Positions 28,407-37,740 of a stretch of 64,000 nt of DNA are shown in pieces (position 1 is the first letter of the stretch; the number at the start of each line of letters is the position of its first letter). Made by a program: the position numbers and the translations under genes. This DNA comes from Candidatus Latescibacterota bacterium. GTDB taxonomy: Bacteria; Latescibacterota; UBA2968; GCA-2709665. The stretch is taken from positions 1,024,001 to 1,088,000 of the forward strand of contig CBDCOX010000002.1 of assembly GCA_965219995.1 (NCBI GenBank), written 5' to 3'. The notes under the pieces are model-generated. The model was not told the DNA's origin and did no database searches. It worked only from the letters and a program-made list of their open reading frames with translations.

Positions 28407-31109
28407 ATGACGGAAATTATTGATTTCAAAGATGTTGCGAGACTCCCACGGCCCGGTGACAACGTCGCCATCGCGACGCGGTTTCTGCACGCGGGCACTG
28501 GTATCCGCACCCGGGGTTCGGTACTTCGACTGGATTCCGACATGCTGGAGGGTCACCGCTTCGCCGTCGCCCCCATTTCCGGCGGTGAATTCCTTCTTTC
28601 CTGGAATCTTCCCTTTGGCGTCGCGCTGCGGGACATTTCACCGGGCGCCTATGTCTGTAACGCCGGGATGCTGGATGCACTCCGGCTCCGCAACGTAGAG
28701 TTTCAACTGCCGGCCGTACCCAATTTCGAAGACCGCATCGAACCCTACCTGCTTGAGGAGGATTCATTCCACTCCGGCGACCAGGTTCCGCGGGCCGGCG
28801 ACCTCCGTACCTTCGAGGGGTACGTCAGAGGCGCCGCGCGCGGCGTGGGCACCCGAAACTACATCCTGATCATGGGCACGACCTCGCGCACCGGGGCATT
28901 CGTAAAACGGCTCGAGGAACGACTCGGCGGGCTGGCCGATGCCTTTCCGGACATCGACGGGATTGTCGCCGTTTCCCACACCGAAGGAGGCGGGCGAACC
29001 GCACCGAATAATCTGGAGCTTCTGCTGAGAACGCTTTCGGGCTTTATGGTTCACCCGAACATCGGCGCCGCCCTGGCCGTGGATTACGGAACGGAGCCGC
29101 TGACCAATGCCATGCTCCGCGCCTACATGGACAGGAACAATACTCCCCTGTCCGACGTCCCCCACTGCTTTCTTACCCTGCGTGGCGGCTTTGAAGCGAA
29201 TCTGGATCGGGCCCGGGACGTCGTCGCGGGATGGCTGGAGGGCGTGAACCGGACGACCCGGAGGCCGACTCCCGTGGCGGGCCTGAAGATCGCGCTTCAA
29301 TGCGGGGGATCCGACGCCTTCTCCGGCGTTTCGGGAAATCCGCTGGCATCGTGGGCGGCCCGTGAGATCATCCGTCGCGGCGGCGCCGCAAACCTGGCGG
29401 AAACGGATGAACTGATCGGCGCTGAGCCCTACGTGCTGCAGAATGTCAGGGACCTGGACACCGCCCGCCGCTTTCTCGGCCGGGTCGAAGCCTATAAGGA
29501 GCTCGCGGCCTTTCATGGCACGAGCGCCGAAGGCAACCCCTCCGGCGGCAATAAGTTCCGCGGAATCTACAACATCGTGCTCAAATCCATCGGCGCCGCC
29601 ATGAAACGCCACCCGGAGGTCCGCCTCGACGGTGTTCTGGACTACAGCGCGCCCATGCGCGAGCCCGGGTTCTACTTCATGGACAGCCCGGGAAACGACC
29701 TCGAAAGCATTGCCGGCCAGGTCGCATCGGGATGCAACCTCATCTATTTTATTACCGGAAACGGCTCAATTACCAATTTTCCGTTCGTCCCGACCCTGAA
29801 GATCATTACAACCACCGGGCGCTACGAACTCCTCGCAAATGAAATGGACGTCAACGCGGGCGCCTATCTGGACGGGACCCCCATGGACGCGCTGGGGGCG
29901 CAGATGACGGACCTTACGCTTGACGTCGCCTCGGGCGAGCGGAGCAAAGGGGAACGGGCGGGCCACGCCCAGGTATCCATCTGGCGCAACTGGCGCCAGA
30001 CCGACGGCACCCGACTCGAGATTCTCCGGTCGGTCCCGCAGCCGACCGGGAAACCCATTGCCATTGACACGGAACACCCTGCATTGTCCGGCTCGTTCCG
30101 GGGCATCGCTACGGCCGCGGGGACCGCCGCGGATCAGATCGGACTGATCCTGCCGACCAGCCTTTGCGCGGGACAGGTCGCCAGGATGGCCGCAGCGGGG
30201 CTCGACCGGAAGCAGATCGGGAAAGACCGTGGCATTACCAGGTACGTCGCGCTCGTTCACACGGAGGGATGCGGCGTCGCGGGCGACGCGACCGAGAGGA
30301 TGTATTCGCGAACCATGCTTGGCTATCTCACGCACCCGCTGGTAAAACACGCGCTCCTCCTGGAGCACGGCTGTGAAAAAACCCATAACGACTATCTTCG
30401 ACACGAGCTTGAACGCGGCGGCATCGACCCCAACCGTTTTGGCTGGTCGAGCATACAGCTTGACGGCGGACTCGAGTGTGCGTTGCGCAATGTAGAATCC
30501 TGGTTCGCGAAACAGGCGGCCGGCGGCCGCCCGCCCGTCTACGAACAGTTCGGCCCGGAGGCACTGTCGGTGGGCATCCTGAGCGACGGCGAGGTCAACG
30601 AAGCAGCCGCGGCGTCGATGGCGATCCTGGTGTGTCGTCTGGCGCGGGCCGGCGCAACCGTCGTGACGCCGGACAACTCGGCGCTGCTCCGTGCCGCTCC
30701 CTTTGCCGATATGATTCCGGGAAACACGGTGCGGCGTCCGTCGCTCGGATACGGACAAGCCGCCGTGGGACCGGGATTTTTCATCATGGAGACACAGACG
30801 GACCACTGGGTCGAGACGCTTACGGGGTTGGGCGGAACGGGCGTGGAAATCCTGATCGCGCACGTCTCCGAACACCCCGTTCAGGGGCACCCGATGCTGC
30901 CGTTGCTTCAGACGAGTGCGGAGCCGTCGATGCAGCCGCTCTATGCCAGTGATCTCGACCTGCTGCTGTCCGCCAACCCGGCGCAGAACGTCGAACGGAT
31001 CGCCGGCCTGTTGATGGAAACCGCGTCGCGGAACTACAGGCCGGTGGCGATGCGGCAGAGCAATACGGACTTTCAGTTTACGCGAGGGCTGCTCGGCGTC
31101 TCCATGTGA
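28407..31109 (+). CDS. UxaA/GarD family sugar-acid dehydratase, extended with a duplicated C-terminal module
   Basis: SAF domain GDNVAIA, RGVGTRNY, LQCGGSDAFSGVSGNP, GNPSGGN, MDSPGNDLES; second module HTEGCG...LLLEHGCEKTHN. Confidence 0.88.
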   Translation: MTEIIDFKDVARLPRPGDNVAIATRFLHAGTGIRTRGSVLRLDSDMLEGHRFAVAPISGGEFLLSWNLPFGVALRDISPGAYVCNAGMLDALRLRNVEFQLPAVPNFEDRIEPYLLEEDSFHSGDQVPRAGDLRTFEGYVRGAARGVGTRNYILIMGTTSRTGAFVKRLEERLGGLADAFPDIDGIVAVSHTEGGGRTAPNNLELLLRTLSGFMVHPNIGAALAVDYGTEPLTNAMLRAYMDRNNTPLSDVPHCFLTLRGGFEANLDRARDVVAGWLEGVNRTTRRPTPVAGLKIALQCGGSDAFSGVSGNPLASWAAREIIRRGGAANLAETDELIGAEPYVLQNVRDLDTARRFLGRVEAYKELAAFHGTSAEGNPSGGNKFRGIYNIVLKSIGAAMKRHPEVRLDGVLDYSAPMREPGFYFMDSPGNDLESIAGQVASGCNLIYFITGNGSITNFPFVPTLKIITTTGRYELLANEMDVNAGAYLDGTPMDALGAQMTDLTLDVASGERSKGERAGHAQVSIWRNWRQTDGTRLEILRSVPQPTGKPIAIDTEHPALSGSFRGIATAAGTAADQIGLILPTSLCAGQVARMAAAGLDRKQIGKDRGITRYVALVHTEGCGVAGDATERMYSRTMLGYLTHPLVKHALLLEHGCEKTHNDYLRHELERGGIDPNRFGWSSIQLDGGLECALRNVESWFAKQAAGGRPPVYEQFGPEALSVGILSDGEVNEAAAASMAILVCRLARAGATVVTPDNSALLRAAPFADMIPGNTVRRPSLGYGQAAVGPGFFIMETQTDHWVETLTGLGGTGVEILIAHVSEHPVQGHPMLPLLQTSAEPSMQPLYASDLDLLLSANPAQNVERIAGLLMETASRNYRPVAMRQSNTDFQFTRGLLGVSM

Positions 31110-31115
31110 CCAAAA

Positions 31116-31159
31116 GGCGAAACGGGCGTCGTGATGTCCAGGGGAACGCCCGTTTCGCC
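31116..31159. terminator. Hairpin between convergent genes
   Basis: GGCGAAACGGGCGT ... ACGCCCGTTTCGCC, 14-bp inverted repeat. Confidence 0.6.
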
Positions 31160-31184
31160 GGCAGTTTCGCTGCAATGCGGTGCT

Positions 31185-31475
31185 CTATTCGCCCGATGCA
31201 ATCCAGTCCTGAAGCGCCGACGCGATCTCTCTTCCCTGCTTCAGACTCGAAATATTGAATTTGCTGCGAGGCAGATACACCCCGTCTCTCTTCTGGTATC
31301 GTCGAATCGTCACTTTCGCGGGCCCGTATTCGCCGGATTGCCGGTTCAGGTCCTGGTACAGGAACATTACCGTCGCCCACGCACCGCGCGAAAGCACATG
31401 TTTGTCCAGTTCCCTGCAGAGCAGAACACCGCCTTCTTCGTAGTTGACGCTCAATTCGTCCACCGATTCCGCCAT
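31185..31475 (-). CDS. Small conserved-looking hypothetical protein (possible PC4-like nucleic-acid-binding fold)
   Basis: RBS AAAGGAGG before MAESVDEL; protein-like 96 aa with KVTIRRYQKRDGVY..SKFNISS. Confidence 0.7.
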   Translation of the reverse strand: MAESVDELSVNYEEGGVLLCRELDKHVLSRGAWATVMFLYQDLNRQSGEYGPAKVTIRRYQKRDGVYLPRSKFNISSLKQGREIASALQDWIASGE

Positions 31476-31612
31476 CGACTCGCCTCCTTTCGGACCGTCT
31501 TGATTCAGCGATCGGCCTGCGGCCCCTTCCACCGTCATACCGTACAGACTCAGGGGTTGTGCATCCTTTCTGCCGGTCGCTGGGAGTCTGTTTCATTCAG
31601 AGGACCGCACCG

Positions 31613-32476
31613 ATGAGACTCGGCATTGTCGGAATGCTGCCCGGAGACCCCCGGTGTTTTACGGAGAGACACTTCGAGAAAATCAGGAAACTGGGTTTCA
31701 CGGGCGCAGGGTTCCACCTGCCGGGTGAGCTGGTGAACACAATTTCCGCCAAAGACTGCGCCGGCTGCAAGCAGCTGTTCGCGGACCACGATATCGATCT
31801 CGCGCAATTCGCCGTCACCTATCGTGACTGTCTGTTCGACCCGGACCCCGACCTCCGGGCCCAAGCCGTATCGAAGGTGGCCCGCGGGGCCACGCTTGCC
31901 GCGCGACTCGGCGCTTTATGCTACCTGATAAGGCCGGGCAGCCGAAACCCGGCGGGCCCGTGGACGCCTCATCGTGAGAACCACACGCCTGAAGCGTACA
32001 GGTTGCTAGTCCGCACCATGAGGGATATCGCGCGGCGCACGGCGACATTGAACGTCATTACGGTCGTGGAAACTCACGTCATATCCATACTCAATACACC
32101 GGACGTCTGCCGCCGGCTGGTGGATTCGGTGCGCAGCGCGAACGTCAGGCTGGTGATGGACTACGTCAATCACTTCGAATCCATAGATCAGGTCCATAAC
32201 GACGCGGAACGCCTGGACCATATATTCGAGACCATCGGCACGCTGGCGCCGATCTGCCATGTAAAGGATATCAGCGTTGCAAACCGTCTCATCGTACATC
32301 TCGATGAAGCCATCCCAGGCCTTGGCGAACTGAACCTGGCGCACGCGCTGGGGCTGTTTCACGCCCACCATCCGGACGGCTACGCGCTTATCGAACACCT
32401 CGGCCCGGACCAGATTCCGCTCGCTGCCGAAAATGTCCGGAATATTGCGAAGCGTGCGGGCATTCCGATATCCTGA
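31613..32476 (+). CDS. Sugar phosphate isomerase/epimerase (xylose isomerase-like TIM barrel)
   Basis: VETH, MDYVN, CHVKD, PGLGELN, LIEH metal-binding pattern. Confidence 0.85.
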   Translation: MRLGIVGMLPGDPRCFTERHFEKIRKLGFTGAGFHLPGELVNTISAKDCAGCKQLFADHDIDLAQFAVTYRDCLFDPDPDLRAQAVSKVARGATLAARLGALCYLIRPGSRNPAGPWTPHRENHTPEAYRLLVRTMRDIARRTATLNVITVVETHVISILNTPDVCRRLVDSVRSANVRLVMDYVNHFESIDQVHNDAERLDHIFETIGTLAPICHVKDISVANRLIVHLDEAIPGLGELNLAHALGLFHAHHPDGYALIEHLGPDQIPLAAENVRNIAKRAGIPIS

Positions 32477-32497
32477 AACAAGGCGTCGGCGCAGGCC

Positions 32498-32710
32498 TCA
32501 TTTCTTCCCCCCGAACTTCAGCCGCCGTATGCAGGCGCCGACGGCAAGTCCGAGACTCGCGCCGATCGATACGCCGGCGCTCAGCCACAGACCGAAGTCC
32601 CCGCTGCCTACGCCCAACATGGAACCGGCCACGGCGCCGACGCCGGACCCGACCGCCATCCATTTTCCAATCTCGCGTTGTCCGTTTCCGCCTTCCTGCC
32701 GTCCGGACAT
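32498..32710 (-). CDS. Small glycine-zipper membrane protein
   Basis: RBS AGGAGAGG; two GxxxG-rich hydrophobic helices. Confidence 0.55.
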   Translation of the reverse strand: MSGRQEGGNGQREIGKWMAVGSGVGAVAGSMLGVGSGDFGLWLSAGVSIGASLGLAVGACIRRLKFGGKK

Positions 32711-32969
32711 GGCGAATCCTCTCCTGTGCGTGGGCCACCCCGGCATCTCGCCAAATATACGGGCCGGGGCCGTACGGAACAAGCTGAAATCTCCACTTGA
32801 AGCGAGTCGATTATTGCCTTGACAGTGCCAGTGTCCGGGCCGTAGATATGGAAACGGAGACTGGATACCGGGGGCGGCGGGCTATGGTTGCCATGCCGGT
32901 CTCCGGTGGAAGCACAAGCCACGCGCCAGGTTTCTCTCACGGAGAAAGGTTGCTTGAAAGGAGATTGAG

Positions 32970-33827
32970 ATGCAACCGGAACTGATTGCGGACTACCGTT
33001 GTGAAACGGGTGAAGGACCGCTCTGGCACCCCACGGAGAAATTGGTCTACTGGACCGATATACCAGCGGGCCGAGTGTTTCGCTATGACCCGGCCACCGG
33101 AATGCACGAAATCTGTTACACAGGCGAAGTCGTGGGTGGGTTTACAGTCCAGGCCGACGGGTCCCTGCTCTTATTCATGGAAAGAGGCGCGGTGAAAATC
33201 TGGCGCGACGGTGCGCTCACCACGGTGATCGGGGAAATTTCCGATGAACGTGAGACCCGGTTCAACGACGTGATTGCGGACCCCGAGGGCCGGGTTTTCT
33301 GCGGGACCATGCCCACACATGAGCGGCCGGGTAGGCTCTACCGGCTGGACACGGACGGTACGCTTCATCTGATCCTCGAAGACGTGGGGATTTCCAACGG
33401 AATGGGCTTCACGTCGGACCACCGGACCATGTATTTCACGGACACCCCCACGCTGAATATCTACCGTTTCGACTACGATCGAAAAACCGGAGGGATTTCG
33501 AACCGGGAGGTGTTCGCAACGGCGTTGGAAGGCGACGGGATGCCGGACGGCATGACCGTGGACGCCGATGGCTTCATCTGGTCCGCCCGGTGGGACGGGC
33601 ACTGTCTTGTCCGCTACACGCCTCAAGGCGTCGAAGAACGGCGCATCCGATTCCCCGTCAGGAAAGTCTCAAGCCTCACGTTCGGCGGAGAGGACTGCAC
33701 CGACATCTACGTGACGACGGCAGGCGGAAACATCAGACACGAAGACGGCGAACACGCCGGCTCCCTCTTCCGTCTGAACCTGGGCATCCGCGGCGTCCCG
33801 GAGTTCTGTTCTCGCGTCGGACTGTAG
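32970..33827 (+). CDS. SMP-30/gluconolactonase/LRE family protein
   Basis: GEGPLW, RFNDVIADPEGR, SNGMGF, PDGMTVDADG, SLTFGG. Confidence 0.93.
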   Translation: MQPELIADYRCETGEGPLWHPTEKLVYWTDIPAGRVFRYDPATGMHEICYTGEVVGGFTVQADGSLLLFMERGAVKIWRDGALTTVIGEISDERETRFNDVIADPEGRVFCGTMPTHERPGRLYRLDTDGTLHLILEDVGISNGMGFTSDHRTMYFTDTPTLNIYRFDYDRKTGGISNREVFATALEGDGMPDGMTVDADGFIWSARWDGHCLVRYTPQGVEERRIRFPVRKVSSLTFGGEDCTDIYVTTAGGNIRHEDGEHAGSLFRLNLGIRGVPEFCSRVGL

Positions 33828-34071
33828 CGATCATCGCAACGACACGGACAATGAAGTGCCGTTGTATCATCATTCGGTAAAGACGAGAACTGATCATCGT
33901 GCAAAGGGCACGACTTGAAATTGGGCTGACATCTATTCTGCGGCCCTTGTAATGCGGCCCCAGAAGGGTCGCATTGATTCAATTGGCTTGATAAATCAAA
34001 CGGTCGAGTCTATATTTGATTGAGACAATGACCTGCGGGAACAAATCCCACGAATCAAATAAAGGTAAAAG

Positions 34072-34452
34072 ATGACGGCTGGCGAAGCTGCGAAGTCCTT
34101 GTCGTATGCGAAACAGCATCTGAGTCGCGTGCTTGCTGCTGCCTGGGACGACCCCGTGGATTGGACAGACTTGACCATTTATGGCTTCTATTGTCTTGAA
34201 GCTGCGATAGTTGCGGCAGCCACGCACACTCGCTTGAGTTTCAGAAGGTCTCATTCAGAAAAGGCACATGCAGCGAAAGAGCTTTCCGTGTCACACGATT
34301 TACCGGATGTCTCCGGCTTCCTTTGGGTCCTTAATAACGCGCGAAAGGCTGCTGCGTATGGAGATACAGATCTCCCGGACCTCGACGCCGAGGACGTGGC
34401 TGCAAAAATCGAAGCATACGTGGACGCGGTGTCCACCTTGCTGGAAAAATAA
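34072..34452 (+). CDS. HEPN domain protein
   Basis: Helical 126 aa: YGFYCLEAAIVA, RRSH, LNNARKAAAYGD (R-x4-Y), AEDVAAKIEAYV. Confidence 0.72.
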   Translation: MTAGEAAKSLSYAKQHLSRVLAAAWDDPVDWTDLTIYGFYCLEAAIVAAATHTRLSFRRSHSEKAHAAKELSVSHDLPDVSGFLWVLNNARKAAAYGDTDLPDLDAEDVAAKIEAYVDAVSTLLEK

Positions 34453-34456
34453 CTCG

Positions 34457-35161
34457 ATGAGTAATCAAACACGAACGCGCAAGCGCCCGAAGATCGAGAC
34501 GACTTTGCCCTGCTTCCTCGAATCTGCAGAGAAATGGCCAAGCGTTGCGGCGAGGGAATGGGTCGAGCAGTTGATCCAAATGGCGTATGATCGAGCCGAT
34601 ATTCTGGCGATTGTCGCCTTCGGATCAATCGTTCGCGACGTCAGCCTTAGCGCCGACGTCGACTTGTTGTTCGTGTACGAATCGGAGAAACCCACATTTG
34701 CGACGCCGCCTCTGGATGTCGATGTCAAGGCGTATCGCAAGACCGACGTGGAATCACTCGTCGCACGGGGTCATGAGCTTCTTTGCTGGTCCATCCGATT
34801 CGGTACGGTACTTCACCAGAAGGATCGATACTGGTCGGATTTACAACAGACATGGGCGAGGCATTTGCCCTTACCTTCCGCCACGGTCGCTGAAGAACGC
34901 GCCGAGAGAGCAAGAAGGCTTCTTGAAGATCTCGGAGTGATCGGCGACGATGATGCGGTTCAGGAACAGTCAATCACGATGTTGACACACCTTGCTCGCG
35001 CCCGTCTGATCCGGGCCGACGTCTTTCCCGCATCACGTCCGGAACTACCGAAGCAACTGAGGTCAATAGGGGAATCTGCGTTGGCATCCCAGTTGACCGA
35101 TGCTCTGCAGAAACGCTGCGATTTAATGGAAACTCACGAGTCATTCTCGCCGCAAACGTGA
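34457..35161 (+). CDS. Nucleotidyltransferase (MNT/pol-beta-like) with C-terminal helical extension
   Basis: IVAFGSIVRDVSLSADVDLLFV (GS-x9-DxD), third Asp in VDVKAY; starts 4 nt after the HEPN stop. Confidence 0.78.
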   Translation: MSNQTRTRKRPKIETTLPCFLESAEKWPSVAAREWVEQLIQMAYDRADILAIVAFGSIVRDVSLSADVDLLFVYESEKPTFATPPLDVDVKAYRKTDVESLVARGHELLCWSIRFGTVLHQKDRYWSDLQQTWARHLPLPSATVAEERAERARRLLEDLGVIGDDDAVQEQSITMLTHLARARLIRADVFPASRPELPKQLRSIGESALASQLTDALQKRCDLMETHESFSPQT

Positions 35162-35182
35162 GGCAGCGAAAGCTTGCATTCG

Positions 35183-35226
35183 GAGAAAGCGTAGGGGCGA
35201 CGCATGCGTCGCCCCTACGCTTTCTC
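35183..35226. repeat. GTAG-type REP-like perfect palindrome
   Basis: GAGAAAGC-GTAGGGGCGACGCATGCGTCGCCCCTAC-GCTTTCTC, 44-bp perfect palindrome. Confidence 0.8.
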
Positions 35227-35480
35227 TGTTCCTGTCCGCACGCTTTTGATTTCCCGGCAGCTGCGTAAGAATCTCCATGCGGTCTCTAAACAAACCAGAC
35301 ACTTCTTGCGTTTAACAATATAGACACGGTATAAGTGGATTTTCTTGCTGAGTTGGCGTTTATAGAGTTACCTCTGTGGATCTGACATCCTACATTCACA
35401 CGGAGACTCGAGTGGATTCTGTATTGGACATAGAATTCTCAACCTCACGGGAATTTGTCCCAAGGATACGACCATTGTAT

Positions 35481-35996
35481 ATGGACGAATCAGATCTGGT
35501 GGTCAGGGCACAGAACGGCGACATCGAAGCATTTGAAGAGCTTGTAGATATATACAAAGGCATGGTCTTGTCAATTGGGTACCAGATTGCGGGAAACGGT
35601 GATGACGCTCAGGATATCTGCCAGGAAAGCTTTATTAAGCTCAACAGAAACATCCGCAAGTACACGCAAACACACAGATTCTCGACGTGGCTATATAGAT
35701 TGGTTGCAAATGCAGCGATCGACTACCTTCGAAAAGAGCGAAAGCGCCGGGGCGTGCGCCTCGAGCCCAACATGCCGGAGCCGAATCGGACGTTCGACCA
35801 GGATCTTAGACTCTCGCTCGAACAGATTCTCGTCAAGCTCTCACCCAGGCAGCGAATCGCCTTTGTGTTACGGGACCTTCAAGGTTTTCCGCTGGAGGAA
35901 GTAGCGACAATACTCCGGTGCACCGGCGTGACTGTCCGGGTTCACCTTCACAATGCCCGGACACGAATCAGAAAAAACCTGGAGAACGAGATATGA
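35481..35996 (+). CDS. ECF sigma-70 factor
   Basis: LVVRAQNGDIEAFEELV, DAQDICQESF, FSTWLYRLVANAAIDYLRK, LSPRQRIAFVLRDLQG, TVRVHLHNAR. Confidence 0.93.
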   Translation: MDESDLVVRAQNGDIEAFEELVDIYKGMVLSIGYQIAGNGDDAQDICQESFIKLNRNIRKYTQTHRFSTWLYRLVANAAIDYLRKERKRRGVRLEPNMPEPNRTFDQDLRLSLEQILVKLSPRQRIAFVLRDLQGFPLEEVATILRCTGVTVRVHLHNARTRIRKNLENEI

Positions 35997-36634
35997 TCTG
36001 CCGTATCGTACGGTTGTTCTTGCCGCTTTACATTGAAGACGACCTCCCTGACTGGATCGCGTCCAGGCTCTCCCGCCATCTTGCACATTGCGATTCATGT
36101 GTTGCTGACCGTCAGTCATTCATGGTTTCTCAGTGCGCAGTGAGGGAAATTGCCACGCGCGAGATTCCACCGACGCAACCAGAGCTGTTTTCGACGCAAA
36201 CCGGATCTGGTCTTCAAGTCGCCAGGATCGATCAAGAGCCAATACATACCAGAACCAACCGTCAATTTGAGTGGAGACCATTAATATCGTATTCGGTCGC
36301 TGCCGTTGTGCTGATTGCAGCCATCGGATATCTGATGGAGCATTCGAGCGAGAATACCAAAGGGCAGACTGCCTATTCGGATGATTCTGAAGCGCGGACC
36401 GTTTTGACCGAAAGAAAGCCTCCCGAATTCCCGCCGCAACCCCGCGCAGAAATCACCGCATTGATGAGACGCTTGAATCCGAGGCCACACCTGACAGATG
36501 AAGATCTGGATGCCGAGTATCCCGTACTCGCCTCAGTCAACCAACCCGATTGCGTCCCGGTAGTTTTTCGTACCAATGACCCGTCCATAACGGTTGTGCT
36601 ATTATTGTCACGGAAAGGAGCGAGCCACCAATGA
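35993..36634 (+). CDS. Zinc-finger (zf-HC2) transmembrane anti-sigma factor
   Basis: ATGA overlap with sigma; HLAHCDSC (HxxxCxxC); one TM helix (VAAVVLIAAIGYL); periplasmic tail VVFRTNDPSITVVLLL. Confidence 0.85.
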   Translation: MICRIVRLFLPLYIEDDLPDWIASRLSRHLAHCDSCVADRQSFMVSQCAVREIATREIPPTQPELFSTQTGSGLQVARIDQEPIHTRTNRQFEWRPLISYSVAAVVLIAAIGYLMEHSSENTKGQTAYSDDSEARTVLTERKPPEFPPQPRAEITALMRRLNPRPHLTDEDLDAEYPVLASVNQPDCVPVVFRTNDPSITVVLLLSRKGASHQ

Positions 36635-37452
36635 AAATGAGCGCCTGTGGAGTGATTTCGACGACTGGGATATTCGGATTTTGCATTGTCGCGCTTGCAA
36701 CGGTTTTAATGGCGTCGCCGTCTGACGCCAAAAGTTCGGGACGTTCCATCAGAGCAGCCGACCTGGAGGAGTTCCTCCCACCGGGTGTAGAGGTGTTCGA
36801 TCTGAAGTATATCTCGACCGGGGATTTCGCCGGCCTTCTATCCGTCCTCGAACTCAAGACAACGAAATTCAGTCCATCTGATCAAAGTGGGCAAACAAGG
36901 GTTTTCATCCGATTTGAGGACCCCTCGTCGGCGGAAATAGCGAGAAGATTGCTGGCCAAACTGGACATCCCTCCCCGACGGATCGAAGTTCGATTCCTTC
37001 AGGTACTCGCTTCCAACGAAAGTTACTATGAATGGTCCCGGGGATCGAAGGGCGACAAATACGAAAGGCCGGTAGCGGACGAGTCCCTGCTGGAACAACT
37101 GAAACAAGCGTTCAAATTTCGTCATTTTAACCTCATAGACAGCTTTAGAATGACTTTGAACGCGGGTATAAACGCGCGAACTCAGAATAGGCCTTCGCGA
37201 ATACAGCTAGGAGACGCCTCTGGCGAAGAGAAACTCGACATCTTATCCGGTCACGCAAGCTTCTCGCTGGATTTTATCGATGATGGCAAGGGCGTGATTC
37301 AAATCCGAAATCTGAGCGCGCAAGCGGCGACGCATGTTCTGAATACTTCGCTGAACGTAAAAAACGGCGAAACCATAATTGTGGGAAGCTCAAGTCTCAT
37401 CAAGGGCAACAACGAGTTGATAACCGTTGTCACCGCCAGAACGGTGGATTGA
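36631..37452 (+). CDS. Exported protein resembling a miniature secretin
   Basis: ATGA overlap; signal peptide; VFDLKY, LLAKLDIPPRRIEVRF, TSLNVKNGETIIVG, ELITVVTARTV motifs. Confidence 0.6.
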   Translation: MKMSACGVISTTGIFGFCIVALATVLMASPSDAKSSGRSIRAADLEEFLPPGVEVFDLKYISTGDFAGLLSVLELKTTKFSPSDQSGQTRVFIRFEDPSSAEIARRLLAKLDIPPRRIEVRFLQVLASNESYYEWSRGSKGDKYERPVADESLLEQLKQAFKFRHFNLIDSFRMTLNAGINARTQNRPSRIQLGDASGEEKLDILSGHASFSLDFIDDGKGVIQIRNLSAQAATHVLNTSLNVKNGETIIVGSSSLIKGNNELITVVTARTVD

Positions 37453-37483
37453 ACAAGGCGTCCGTTGCTGATGTATTAACCAA

Positions 37484-37515
37484 AAAGCCTGATATGCAAT
37501 GACATATCAGGCTTT
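37484..37515 (+). terminator. Intrinsic terminator of the ECF operon
   Basis: AAAGCCTGATATG-CAATGA-CATATCAGGCTTT followed by ATTTAT. Confidence 0.7.
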
Positions 37516-37585
37516 ATTTATGTGATTTTTAAGGATGGACAGGGCTGGCAACGCGGCGCAGAAGACGGGTCGAGCGAATACAGGA

Positions 37586-37699
37586 AGGGCGCCCACAAGG
37601 GACGCCCCTACACGACAGGTAGCCGGATTTGTAGAAATGCGGCCGTGACCCAAATCCCCCGAGCGATAACAAATGGGGCGGTTCGCGAACCGCCCCTAC
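37586..37699. repeat. Two GTAG-type REP-like units
   Basis: AGGGCGCCCACAAGGGACGCCCCTAC (37586-37611) and GGGGCGGTTCGCGAACCGCCCCTAC (37675-37699), sharing CGCCCCTAC with the 35191 palindrome. Confidence 0.7.
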
Positions 37700-37740
37700 A
37701 TTGAACCGGTTGTTCGAGGGTCGGTATCGCGTGTCCGTAT

